NCBI GenBank assembly: GCA_030264375.1
Contig: JASCQW010000190.1
Location: 43,278,870-43,342,869, forward strand
Source of the DNA: Carcharhinus longimanus
Taxonomy: Eukaryota
Direction: 5' to 3'
Length of the DNA stretch: 64,000 nt
A model generated the notes under the pieces. The model ran no database searches and was not told the DNA's origin. It saw only the letters and a program-made list of their open reading frames with translations. Below are positions 51,101 to 63,304 of this stretch, one piece after another. The translations under genes and the position numbers were made by a program. Within the stretch, counting starts at the first letter, position 1, and each line of letters starts with the position of its first letter.

Positions 51101-51520
51101 AATGATGCACCCTCTCATCTAATCTTGCTAAGTGTACATAAAGACCAGAATCTTACCAATGTTCATGTTGGCTGGACTTTTCCATCCTGCTGGGGTGAAC
51201 AGAGATTTGTCTGACCGCCAAGTTCTCTGACCTCGCTGCAGCGGGAGCATGGTGGTAAGATTGTGCCCAAATTGTCTGTATGCTGCTAGATTGGTGGACA
51301 TACTGTACTTAGATTTCCATTTGGCTCTTTGAGCCTGCTCTGCCATTCAATCTGATTCTGTCTGATCCTGGATCACAGTGACATATTCCCACTTTTTCTC
51401 CATACCCCTCAAAGCCATCAAAATCTAAAAAAATGTCTCTGTCTCGAATCCATTCATCGACTATATGGTTTTCTATCCTCTTTGGCTGGAAATTGCTAGC
51501 TCCTTTTTGGTTACAGACAT

Positions 51521-51710
51521 TGGGTGGGATTTTCCACACAACTTGCTGTGTTTTTTGTGGCAGCAGAGGCAGTCCGTCATTGGCTGATGGCAAGATCTTC
51601 AATGGGGTTTCCCAACAAATGCCCACCTTTCCACCGGGAAACCGGTGGGGGTGCACCATTGGCGGGACCAAATGTTGCCACAAGTGTGAATGGCTGGAAA
51701 ATTCCCGCCA
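51521..51710. mobile_element. GGGC-TIR MITE (another decayed copy at about 51170-51270)
   Basis: gggtgggattttcc...ggaaaattcccgcc. Confidence 0.7.
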
Positions 51711-52999
51711 ATGTATCTTGCTCCAATATATCTTGATTTATGATAGTTGACTCAAATTGCAATAATTAACTTCTGCTCTGCTGATGGTTTGATCCTTTGT
51801 ATGCACCATACTGTGCTGATATGCCAAGCCCTGACACTAAATGCACACATTCAGACCTGTAAAGCATTCCATTCATGGGCACCTGTAAGTAGATATTTTA
51901 CTCAATCCCTCACTTAGTCCATGTGCTGAAAATGATGCATCGACAAGGACAGCCATTAACTATTGGATGTGTCTATCACAGCTCCTGCTGGACATGTAGG
52001 GAAGCCTTTGGTTTTCTACTGTTAATATCATAGTGAAGAACTTTACCCACTTCTGAAATTCATCTACAATGTTCCTTGCCATTCAAATAGCAAGCTTCCC
52101 TCCCGTTGAGTCTCAGGGCACCAGCAACAGGAGCGGCATTGGTCTCACTGAACACAGTCTTAGAGCTGTGAAGATGGTGCGCAGCAAGTAATGGCTTTGA
52201 TGATGCATGCCCAGGCTGCACACTCACCAATTATGGTCAGTGCTTAATTATGCATACGTGAGATTACTGGATAATCATAATGTTGATCATGTGAGGGAAA
52301 TGTCTCCAAAGGAGTTCATTATCAGACTCTGATGGAGGCTCAAACAAACAAGGTGAAGAGAATTAACAGTGACTTTTCAAAGGAACATAATGAGATCCGA
52401 AGAATGAATGGGATTTGAGGCTCATCTATCTAGAGAAATAAATTATAACATGTTCATGTTGGAATGACAAGTACCGGTGTTTCCTGTGTTGAACTTACAT
52501 CAGATCCTTAAATTACATTCTTTGCATGAGTTTGCAACAGTAGTGACAAAATAAGCACCATGAAGTGTAGTGTATAGTACTGACTACATAATGCAGTAGT
52601 ACTGTAATGCCAGTTATATAAATGTTTGCTTATGTACCTGCTGCAAACTGGAAGTACTCAGCTTCTGTTTTTGTACCACTTAATTTCTGGCCTGCAGATG
52701 GTTCAGTTATGTTGCTGATGTGCAAGTTTAATTGTAAATAAAGATTTGTTCAATGACAAATAAAAATCCACATTTTTAAATGGCCATGGATATTGAAACA
52801 ACTGGCAGCAGAATGGAATTCACAGAAAACATTGCAAATGAACACATCTTTACAAGTACCAGAAGTATATAAAATGGTTGTACACCATGAAGCCTGTATG
52901 ACTTCCAAATCTTTTTATTTTTCTTTGTGTACTGCTATGTGTAGTTGCAGTCCAGACATCCACAGCCTAGGCAGAGATAGCCTGCTGACTGCTATGTCT

Positions 53000-54840
53000 T
53001 GGTGACTGTGATGAGTTTAGTGGGACTCTTCTGGTGTCCCCAGCAATATAGGACCCCGACCTGCTAAGGGTTGCCTGCACAGGTCTGGGTTTGCCCTTCT
53101 AGGCCTTGCCTGCTGGAGGTGATGGGGTCACTCAAGATGTGAAGTAACATGGCACCCTTTGAGTGTCGTGGCCTGAAGCCACCAGTATGGCTTTCTGGTG
53201 TTCCTCCCTCCTTAGGGTGCTTGATGGCACCTCTCTGACTTCTTAAGGAGAAGGAGCACCTGGAGGGAGGTGCCCACTACCACCTCGCCAACCCCTGCTG
53301 TACCATGCCCATGTAGTGCAAGTTTGAGTGCATATCCAGCAGTCACAGTGTGTTCTGCTGGAACACATCCTTTCCATAGGGTCAGCCAAGCATTGGCATG
53401 CCAGAACTACAATACCAGACAGAACATGAACAGACCCTCCAGCCTGTGCGAGGCTTTAGGCATCTCTACCTGATGTTACCTTGCCTGTCTTTGCATCTCC
53501 AACATGGCACTTAAGCACCGAGTCCAAAGGCTCATCAGCTACATGGGGTAAGCAGGGCACTGGTCTCCAGTGTCCTCCGAGTATCAGATATTTTGGCTGT
53601 CAATTACTCTGCCAGCTGCAGACCTGGGTCAGTGATGTGTTCACCAGATTGAGATCCTGAACCTACTCTAGAACTTTCACCCACCAAGGTGACTGTATCT
53701 GTGTTGGTGGTGGGTACTGGGTGACGGTGCATCCTCTGAGGCATCCTCCTCAGAGTGGGGTTGGGGCTGGTTGTGTGGTGGTTTGCATTCTGGGCCTCAG
53801 CCTTTTCTTGCTGGTAACTGGAATAGAGAGAATAAAGATTTTGTGACCTTCTAGGCACGGTCCTTCATTAAACGAAAATGTATTACTTTGTGAGTATAAC
53901 TGACAAATGCAGACAGCAAGCATTGTCACTGACTTCCTGGGAAAGTTCTATCTTGCAGACAACACAGACATGGTCCTGCTCCCTGGCTAGCTTGGGCGCC
54001 TGGTCCTCACAAGGGTTGTGGAGTCTGATGCTTGGGATTCTGTCTCTGATCTTGGTTCAGTCCTGCGTGGGTGGGTGTTCTTGTTCTGTGGACAGAGTAT
54101 AGAGTTTCATCTCAATGGTTGCATGGACAGTTCAGGAACATGCATTGCCTATGGCAGCTGGTAAACCTTCCCCAGTAAGTGATTAAGAGGCAGAATGTCC
54201 TGCAACTGATAGAAGATTGAGAGCATAGAAAGGCTGGAACACGTTCAGTCCTAACAGCATTGTGTCCTGACATCACAGGGACTGCAGTGATTCAAGACGA
54301 TTCACAATCACTTTCTCAAGGGGAGTTAGGGATGGGCAATAAATGCCGATCCAGCCAGCAATGCCCACATCACTTGAGGCATAAAAAAATGTCTCCCCTG
54401 CTTCCTAGTTCTGCAACCCAAACTCATATTTGACATCCCTGTATATTCACACTCTCACATTGCCCTTATGAGTGTCAGTTTTCAGTGACTAGATGGTGCC
54501 ACTTACCGTGGTGGAGCTTTTCTTTGGTGGATGCAACCTCCATCCAGGTCACTGTGGTCGGGTGGAAGCATCTACTGCTACCACCCTGGAGGTGAAGCAT
54601 CTTCTGCCTTTCCTGGAAAATCTGGAGGTGAATCGCTCAGAAACTTTGGCTGAACTGTGGGGCTGCACATTGTTGATTCTTCTTTGACATTGTGGTTGAG
54701 GCAGATTATGGAGCGTCCAGTCTGCAGTGAGTGAATGGCTTCTTCAGGTGCCTTTTAAATATGGTGCCCAAAGCATCAACCCCTCATGGTAACGACAGGG
54801 ATGGCATCTTTCTCCCTGCTCGTGGCATGAGATTCGGTGA
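53000..54840 (-). mobile_element. Possible highly decayed PIF/Harbinger-like DNA transposon remnant
   Basis: GC-richer patchwork resembling recalled shark Harbinger Myb/SANT-gene fragments; no intact ORF or TIR confirmed. Confidence 0.3.
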
Positions 54841-54854
54841 ACTCGTTGGTACAT

Positions 54855-55035
54855 GAGGGTCTGTTTGGCTCAGTTGGCTGGACATTTGGTTAGTGATGCA
54901 GAGTGTGGGTTCAATTTCTGTGTCGGCTGAGGTTATTCATGCATTTTCAATCTTTTCTCCTTCGCCTGAGGTGTGGTGATCCTCAGATTAAATCACCACC
55001 TATGATCATCTGGGATCATGACAACTTTACCTTTC
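54855..55035 (+). mobile_element. Short tRNA-derived SINE of a further family
   Basis: A box TGGCTCAGTTGG, B box GGGTTCAATT, tail gcctgaggtgtggtgatcctcag.ttaaatcaccacc. Confidence 0.55.
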
Positions 55036-55120
55036 TGGTCCCATGCTGTAATAGTTAGCACTCTGGACTTTGAATCCAGCAATCCGAGTTCAAAACTCAG
55101 TGGGTCCACAACATGTTTTG

Positions 55121-55438
55121 GGGCGACACGGTGGCAGAGTGGTTAGCGCTGCTGCCTCACAGTGCCAGGGATGTAGGTTCGGTTCCGGCCTCAAGTCACT
55201 GTCTGTCTGGAGCTTGCATGTTCTCCCTGTGTCTGCGTGGGTTTCCTCCAGGTGCTCCGGTTTCCTCCCACAGTCCAAAGATGTGTGGGTTAAGTGGATT
55301 GGCTATGCTAAATTGACCCTAGAGTCAAAGGAATAAACAGAGTAAATGGGGGTTACGGGAATAGGGCTTGGGTGGGTTTGTGGTTGGTACAGACTCAATG
55401 GGCCGAATGGCCTCCTTCTGTACTGTAAGGATTCTATG
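55121..55438 (+). mobile_element. HE1-type V-SINE
   Basis: Full copy. Confidence 0.9.
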
Positions 55439-56233
55439 AAATCCCAGCCACTGCTTTCTACCTTTGGCAAAAGGGTTGGCTAATATTATGCTTGACAAAA
55501 GTTGAAACGGATAGTCCTGGGGCTCTCCACAACTGCTTTCTCTGCCATTCCGTAACTTGTATGGCGGGCCAACATTTCTTTAATCTTGTTTCTTACATTT
55601 ATAGCTTGTAAGTAGCCTGACTAAACACTCAAAGTTGTTGCTCAACAGTGCAAGTCAGGTTCAATTGCTAGGACTCAAAACCACCTGGGTTGGAGATTCA
55701 TACTTGTCTGATCAACTGATACTTGTTCATTGGCACATTCATTGAATACAAAATGAGCCAGTTCATGTACTTCAACTGCTTGTACTAATGTTGACCTATA
55801 GGCGCTGCCAGGTGACACTGAAATGGACATTGTAACAGGGTAAAGTCAGGCTCTCAACTTCCAGGATACTCTGCAACCACAAACAATGCTCCAATCCATG
55901 CCACCTGTCCTAACAAGCAATGATAATAATGCAAATACAAACAAGGAATTCATTGTTAAGCTTACTAAAAAAAATGCAAGCTATTGAAAATATGACAAGA
56001 TTTTTAATAGCAATATTTGGTACCAACATAGTTGTACGTTTTCAAATCTTTCATTCACACAATGCGCAATCTTCGACTATCCCACCCTTGAACCAGCACT
56101 TGGGAACTTCTATGTTTCTTATTATCTGATAACCAGTTATCATTAAAAAAATGGTATCTTTGGGAGAATATTGTGTTCAAGATGATGGCATAACATCTGT
56201 ATGTGTGCAGAGGCCTGTGCCTGGGAGTAGAAC

Positions 56234-56885
56234 CTAGTTCATGACGACAGAACAGGAACTTTCAACATCTTTTGTAACAGCAGGGTTCTGATAGTAACTC
56301 TGTTGGAGCACATGAGAATTAAATGGTGCCTTTCCGGCATATTGATAATCATGTTTTTGGTCACAAGTTTGTGCCTGTCCAGGATTATGTCCAAGATCGT
56401 GGCTCTGCCCATGCTCAGGTGGGTGTCCAAGGTCATGGCTGTGCCCGTGTCCAGATGGGTGTCCAAGATCGTGGCTGTGCCCATGCCCAGATGGGTATCC
56501 CAGACCATGGCTGTGCCCATGTCCAGATGGGGGTCCAAGACCATGGCTGTGCTGCCCATGTCCAGGTGTGTGTCCAAGATCGTGGCTATGCCCATGTCCA
56601 GATGTGTGTCCAAGATCCTGGCCATGCCCGTGTCCAGATGTGTGCCCAACAAAATGGTTGTGTCCATGTTGTGATCTGTAACCGAGATCATGGTTGTGTC
56701 CAGGTCCAACATCATATTTAAGGTTTGGAGCGTATGCAAAACCATAATTGAAAGGTTGTTGATGACTGGGTCCAAACCAATGTACCTGTTCGTTTGCAAG
56801 CTGTGAATATTGGTAGTAATGGGAATCAGTGGCTGAAGGAAAGTAATATGTTTGAGTGGGATAGGACCCTGGTTTAGGATTGCAC
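56234..56885 (-). CDS. Terminal coding exon (216 aa) of an unidentified protein with a Tyr/Gln/Pro-rich segment and nine His/Gly-rich 12-aa tandem repeats
   Basis: Strong acceptor ttttttctctttattttag|G TGC AAT at 56885 (phase 2), open to TAG at 56234. Repeat units differ by many synonymous third-position changes in the His frame (CAC/CAT, CTT/CTG/CTC, GGA/GGG/GGT, GAT/GAC), and the only indel is 3 nt (CAG). Confidence 0.8.
56375..56701 (-). repeat. 36-bp coding minisatellite, 9 units, consensus GGGCACAGCCACGATCTTGGACACCCATCTGGACAT
   Basis: Direct periodicity of 36 nt (one 39-nt unit), translating to GHSHDLGHPSGH variants. Confidence 0.95.
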
Positions 56886-57819
56886 CTAAAATAAAGAGAA
56901 AAAAATGTTGAACTGCGGTATATACACATTTATCCAGCATGCATTGTCTGCAGATACGCAAGCCAACATCATGTTTAGTTTCGATGTGAAATTGTAGAAA
57001 ACAATATGAATCACAATGTCCAGGATCAATGCCAACAGGCTATTTAAAAAAACACATATTTCATTCGCAAGAAACCAATTCCTAATGTAACACTTTCCAT
57101 TCCAATCACACCAAGTATCCCATATATGGTTGGATGGTGCAGGAATGTTTGGCAACAGCTACCCCAGTGAAAATATATACAGGCAAGTCCGTCTGTGTTG
57201 TATAAACACTGAATAAATTGCTGGAGCTGTGCAAGGCAAACGACAAGCAGTCAGAAATCACATCAACCATTGTCCGAATAGTGAATGCACCCAAATTGAA
57301 TCCTTCAGACGCTTGTCAGATTCTGAAGCTGTTATTTTGCAATATGCGTTAAAAACCAGCAAGATTTTACAGTGATACAGTCCAAATATAACTTCCAAAA
57401 TTAACCCTGTGCTCCCTCTTTCTGGCATCTCCTTGACCTATAGGATGAAGCTTCAATATGTAAACTCGTGTTGCTCCCAGCAGATTCAATTATCATAGAA
57501 GCTTACGGTCACGATAGCATGCGATTAAAATGCACAATAAGTTCATGTCACTTGTATGGAAGAACATAAATCTGATTGAAGAAACTAATGTTCAGCTGTG
57601 AAGCTAATAAAACCATGGGAAAGTTACCAAAGACTGATTAATAAAGTCAGTAGATGCAACATTTAGAACCAGGAATGTTCCAGTTCCATGCTAAGTTAGC
57701 TGACCTCAGGTAGGTCAGAATGGAGCAATCATCTTTGGTTAGTGCTGAGAAAATTGGGCAGGCTCTGGCATTACAGGCTGGAATCGGACATGTAGGTAAT
57801 GAATGAGGGCCTGACTAGA

Positions 57820-58260
57820 ATATTGCTGAAAAGAGAGACACGTTTTTCATCTTGAACTCATCAGAATGTCAAATTTCAAAGGAGAATTACAGGAGAAAAC
57901 ACTGATTGGTTGGCAAGTCAGCTCTAATTGACTGAAACGTTGCAATGGAGAAAGGGCAACAAGAAAACACAGGCTCCCCAAGTTCCTGCTAATTCAAAAA
58001 TGGCACAATGCTTGAACATATTCCTTTTGTTTGCAAAGAACAGCGCACTATATGTGGATGTACATTGCTTCTCGCAAGTGTAGATAGATGACCCATGTTA
58101 TGAGCTTGACTAATTATCTTAAATTGGTTGTTAGGGTTGGTATTAGTGCCCTCAGGATTGCTTAGCAAGTGCTGCCCAATTACAGAATCACATCTAATAG
58201 TAGGAGTTTTGTTTTGGATTTTGTAAGTGTGGGTTGGTTGAGGATGGTTTGTAAACAACT
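57820..58260 (-). mobile_element. Penelope-like element 3' fragment (second family), with degenerate hammerhead at about 57840-57866
   Basis: GIY-YIG C-terminal remnant CDSVIGQHLLSNPE..NNQFKIISQAHN..HL; downstream CTGATGAG-TTCAAGAT-GAAA. Confidence 0.75.
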
Positions 58261-58615
58261 GAATAGCCTGTTAATGTGCACTGTATGCATGCAGCATAAC
58301 AAGTTAGCTAAGGTGCCTGTGAAACACAAAGTCAATATGTTCAGAAGAGATGATTTTTAATAATCCAAAAAAATCACGGAGTTAATCAACAAATTTTAGA
58401 AGTGCATTTTATTCTTATGGATGTTATTAAAATAAGTCAGTTAGAACGTTCTATATATAATTACCTAAGTTTATCACTTTTTCATGACATCTTCTGAATT
58501 CAAAATATGGCAAAGTTTATTAAACTGTTCTCCTCGATGGAACTGAGTGTTGGATCCTGAATTCCCAGTTTCAGCAGAATGTAATTCAGCTCCAAAAGGG
58601 GATGGGTGTAAGAGA

Positions 58616-58798
58616 GGGCAGAATTTTATTGCCCCCTTATGCCAGCGGGATTTCTGAGTGGCTCAGTGTGTTTTCTAACCAGGCGGTAAAATTTCGAAAA
58701 GTATCCCTCCATTTTACACAGCAAGTTGCTCCGCAGTCCATCGACTTTAGCAGGAATGGAAAATCCTGTCAGCATAAGGGACTGTAAAATTCCACCCC
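58616..58798. mobile_element. GGGC-TIR MITE
   Basis: gggcagaatttta...taaaattccaccc. Confidence 0.7.
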
Positions 58799-58887
58799 TG
58801 TAGGCTTGCCGCCAATTAGATGCAACAATGACACAATTGTTGTGTTCATGGCAAGGCCCACACGTTGGAAGAAGGGAACACGATACA

Positions 58888-59207
58888 GCATAGTGGCACA
58901 GTGGTTAGCACTGCTGCCTCACAGGGTCAGGGACCCAGGTTCAATTCTGGCCTTGGGTCACTGTCTGTGTGGAGTTTGGACATTTCCCCCATGTCTGTGT
59001 GGGGTTTCCTCCAGGTGCTCCAGTTTCCTCTCACAGTCCAAAGATGTGCGGGGTAGGTTGATTGGCCATGGTAAATTGCCCCTAGTATCAGGGGGATTAG
59101 AAGGGTGAACATGTGGGATTACAGGAGTAGGACCCTGGGTGGGATTGTGGTCGGTGAAGACTCAATGGGCCGAATGGCCTCTTTCTGCACTGTAGGGATT
59201 CTATGAT
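58888..59207 (+). mobile_element. HE1-type V-SINE
   Basis: Full copy. Confidence 0.9.
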
Positions 59208-59701
59208 TTTAGATCGGCAGAGCCCAAAAAATGAATTTTGAAATTGAATATTTGCAATTCAAAAAATGTATGAAACTCTAAAGTTCTATTGTTAAAAATT
59301 GGGTAGGAGTTGGTGCTCTAGTTTTTGGAGTTCATTTTAACAGGACTGCTGGGGGAAATGGGGTATGGGAGGGGGAATAATGGCGGGGTGCTGAGTTGGA
59401 GGTTGACTGTCATTTAGATTTAGAATTTACGTTTACTCACCCAGTTGTCTAGCAAGTTTAAACAGTGACTGGGTGAGCTACAGGGACCTAAGTGATCATT
59501 CCCCAGTGAGCCCTGCTGGAGAGCGACGCGGATAATTGATCATGCTGTGATTGGACTTTGCTGTGACCTCCAGGTAAGCACATCGATCCCCACTGTCAAG
59601 ATTCACAGAACAGTGACTGTGTGGAAGAGGTACACATAAGCAGATGTGGAGCTGGAATTCAGTAAGAAACACTTGAGATGAGAAGAAGAGACAGAAAACT
59701 G

Positions 59702-59992
59702 TTTAAAGTTTATTTATTAGTGTCACAAGTAGGCTTACATTGACACTGCAATGAAGTTACTGGGAAAATTCCCTAGTCACCCCACTCTGGTGTGTGTTCA
59801 GGTACACAGAGGGAGAATTTAGCATGTCCAATGCATTTAACCAGCATGTCTTTTAGACTTTTGGAAGGAAACTGGAGAACCAGGAGGAAACCCATGCAGC
59901 CATGGGAAGGACATGGAGACTCCGCACAGACAGTGACCCAAGCCAGGAGTTGAACCCAGATCCCTAGCACTGTGAGGCAGCAGTGCTAACCA
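59702..59992 (-). mobile_element. V-SINE, alternative tail
   Basis: Near-full copy. Confidence 0.85.
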
Positions 59993-60039
59993 GTATCTCC
60001 CTGCGACGCTACTACATAGTTACATCGAGGAGATATGGA

Positions 60040-60425
60040 TTCCCTTGAGTATAAAGAGTGTTCTAATTGATAAAGAGTGTTCTAATTGTGTTGTTTAAAA
60101 GAATTAAAGAAATTGAGAGGGTTGAAACTATTTCCTTTGATGGGGACATCCGTAGTGAGGGCAGAACCTTAAAGTCAGAGCTTGGCCACTCAGGGATAAT
60201 GTCAGGAAGTACATCTTCACGCAAAGTGTCGTGGGAATCAGAACGCGCTCCAAAAACAGTGAGGCGTGATCAGTTGATAATTTCAGAACTGAGATTGACA
60301 GGTTTTTATCAGGTAAGTGTAGCAAGGGATTTGTATCAAAGGTGGCTTTGAGGTAAGCCTCAGCCTTGAGCTAAATAAATGATGGAATATGCTCGAGGGG
60401 CTGAACAGCCTACTCCTGTTCCTGT
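60040..60425 (+). mobile_element. Old CR1 3' fragment
   Basis: Decayed ORF2 C-terminus and tail gctcgaggggctgaacagcctactcctgttcct. Confidence 0.65.
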
Positions 60426-61609
60426 ATCCCTGAAGTAGATGATACAAACGTGAGGACAGTCATGAAGGAGATATATTCCTACAAGCTCTAAAAGGAAAGC
60501 TTGGATAGAGACAAAGAAACATCGAACGAATATCTCCTGGTGCTCCGCACTGATTCCAGAGCCTTCAGGCCAATCCAGATTGAAACTGGTTTTAACAGAG
60601 ATAATTGGAGGATTGGGAGTTTGCAAATATTTAAATTGATCAGAGGAAAGTAACTGCAGTTTTTTTCACCTCAAAACAAGAAGCCTGGCCCATGTCAGTT
60701 GATAAGTTGATAAAACAGAGACAATTTCCATCACAGGTGCCACAGGGAATTGGTGCTGTGAAACTGTGCTGAGGAGGAAATGATTTGATGCTAATTCTGT
60801 CAAAGTAGACTCAGTAGATTACATTTACAGTGCATCTGTCACACACAGTTAGAACGTCCCTGGCAGTAAACAGTTGTGACAGAAGATCTGTCAGAATCAA
60901 AGTTCCAGAGCGGACACTGGCAGCAGAGGACAAAATAAACTGTAAGTAGATTTGGGAAATCGGAGGAGCGGCTTGCAGATTTGACAGCCAGATCAATGAG
61001 ACGTATCCTCGTGATTGCCAGGTGTGCCAGCCAGCAACTCCCCATCACTACCTTGTGTTTAAATAAAAGACAAGAAAGACACTTCCACTGTCAGCTCTAG
61101 GCAGCGAAACAGAAACTTCGCAGCTGGCTCAGTCTTCCCTCAGCGATCTCTGTCACAGCTGGAACAATGTTAGTCAAAATGGGGAATGTGAATCAGTCAG
61201 TAATTTCAGGTAATGGCTCAGGCTGATTGTTATCAGTCAGCCCCTCCAAGCACTGTATGGAAACACCTGACTTTCATACACAGTGCATCGTCTATAAAGC
61301 AGATGTGACCATTATCATCAAAACCATCAATTTTCATTGCACACAGTCTTCAGTGTGAAACTAGGATTTATGAGGCAAGATACAGCAACCACAATGAAGT
61401 GCAAACATCTTTAACTTCGAAGAAAAATTAAAGAACTTGAGCGTGATTGTTTTAAACATTTATAAACTCCCTGGAAAAACATAATCTTGCAAACCTTGTT
61501 GGAAACAAATCTGTTGCCTTTCAGGAAAAGATATCTGGGAATGGTAGAAACTATATATTCTAGATTGATAAATTGATTCCAATTCATTCCTTCAGAAATG
61601 TGACTGAGA

Positions 61610-62125
61610 AAAAACCTTTTCACACATTGGGTTCAGGATCTGCAATGCTCCGCCTGGCAGTGTGATGGAGGCAGTTCTTCAAGAGGGCATTAGATGATTA
61701 CTTGAATAGAAACAAAGTGCAGGCATGTGGGGAAAAGGCAGGGGATTGGCAATGAATCATGATGTTCATTTAGAGAGTTGGTGCAGACACAATGAGCCAA
61801 TTGGTCTCCTTCTGCACTGTAACCATTCATCATACATCATAGAATCCCCACAGTGCAGAAAGAGGCCATTTGGCCCATCAAGTCTGCACTGACAACAATC
61901 CCACTCAGGCCCTATCCCCGTAACCCTGCGTATTTAGGCTGCTAACCTCCCTGCCACAAAATGAAAATTTATCATGGCCAATCAATCTAACCCATACATC
62001 TCTGGACTGTGGGGGGAAACCAGAGGGAACTCATGCAGACACAGGGAAAACATGCAAACTCCACATAGATAGTCACCCAAGACTGGAATTGAACCCGGGT
62101 CCCTGGTGCTGTGCTGCTGTGCCAC
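61610..62125. mobile_element. HER1/CR1 3' end (+, 61610-61830) abutting an HE1 SINE (-, 61838-62125) tail-to-tail
   Basis: Both end in the shared tail CCTTCTGCACTGT. Confidence 0.8.
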
Positions 62126-62210
62126 CTCCATAAAGAAATATAATTTTTTATTGATTAAAATAATTTAATTTCCACACTCCAGAGGTACAGAAAGGTAAGG
62201 GGGTAACTAC

Positions 62211-62324
62211 CTTAATGAGATACAGAAATGGTACAGAAAATGGATGGAGATCCTTGCGACTGCATTGCAGTAAGGCACGCGAGTAGATTGCGAATCCACT
62301 CCCTCTGAGAGCTCTCCTTGGTTA
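62211..62324 (-). CDS. Candidate upstream internal exon (114 nt, phase 2-2) of the His-repeat gene
   Basis: Branch-like gctaac plus actcatttacag acceptor and AAG|gtagtt donor. The only fully open frame (NQGELSEGVDSQSTRVPYCNAVARISIHFLYHFCISL) is phase-compatible with the 56885 acceptor. No recognisable domain. Confidence 0.3.
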
Positions 62325-63304
62325 CTGTAAATGAGTGTTAGCAACCAAAGTGGTGTTTGACAACTGCAGCTAAACTTTACTGCACCATTTTTTTCCTCCA
62401 GCATCCAATACATTTTAAAGGTTTCTACATAAAGTGCAAGTGTCTCTAATAATGTAATAATGTCAATGTGTCAGGAAATGCTATTCAATCCATTTTATCT
62501 TGTTGCCTGCTATCCATTCAACAAATAATCTAAAACGTTTGGGTAAATTGGATCTGCTAAAACTGATGTGGATTCTATTTCCGTTCAAGAATCTGCTCAG
62601 AAAATGAAATCTTCTGGCATTTTATCCATTGTCAAAGGAGAAATGTAAAAGGCACCTTCCTAAGATTAGAAATACATCCACTACCTCCAACAAAAGCATT
62701 TAGATGAGCACTTGAAATGCCAAAGCATACAAGACTATGGACCAAGTGCTGGAAAGTGGGATTAGATTAGAATAGCTTGATGGTTGGTACAGACATGATG
62801 GGCCAAAGGGCTTATTTTTGTGCTGTAAAACTCTATGGCTCTGTAACACCCAACCCTCGCTACAATAAACCAGAAAGCACTAGAGTCTACTGTACCTATA
62901 CCAGCAGTAACAAAGCAAGAACTTAGCTCCAGATACCATTCTATGTACAGACTTTAATTACTAATGATTTCATAAGCTGACATTTTTTCCCACTTTTAGT
63001 CATTTAGTTTTGGATATTATTCCTTGGCCTATTATTAATAATAATTTGCATAGAGCATATAAAAATAGCCCAACAGCCTTCACAGAAGCAGAATAAGAAG
63101 TATAAACCAAAGAAGGGAGATCATAAAGGAGGAGACAAAAGGTTTTGTCAAAGGTGAGCTTCAAGGGGAAAAGCGATAAGACTTGCATTTAAATAGCAGC
63201 TTTCACAACCTCAGGACATCCCAAGGCACTTTCCAGTCAATGAAGTACTTCTGCAGGGTCGTCACTTTGATAAAGTGGCAGCCAGTCTGAACCTTCAGAA
63301 CTTG

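Noticed and set aside
56886-56929. ORF-track start MCIYRSSTFFSLYF
   Set aside because: This is the translated polypyrimidine tract of the intron; the real boundary is the acceptor at 56885.
56239-56961. Alternative long ORFs over the His repeat (240 aa minus; 123 and 132 aa plus)
   Set aside because: They are shadow frames of a stop-poor repeat; unit-to-unit changes are preferentially synonymous only in the His/Gly frame.
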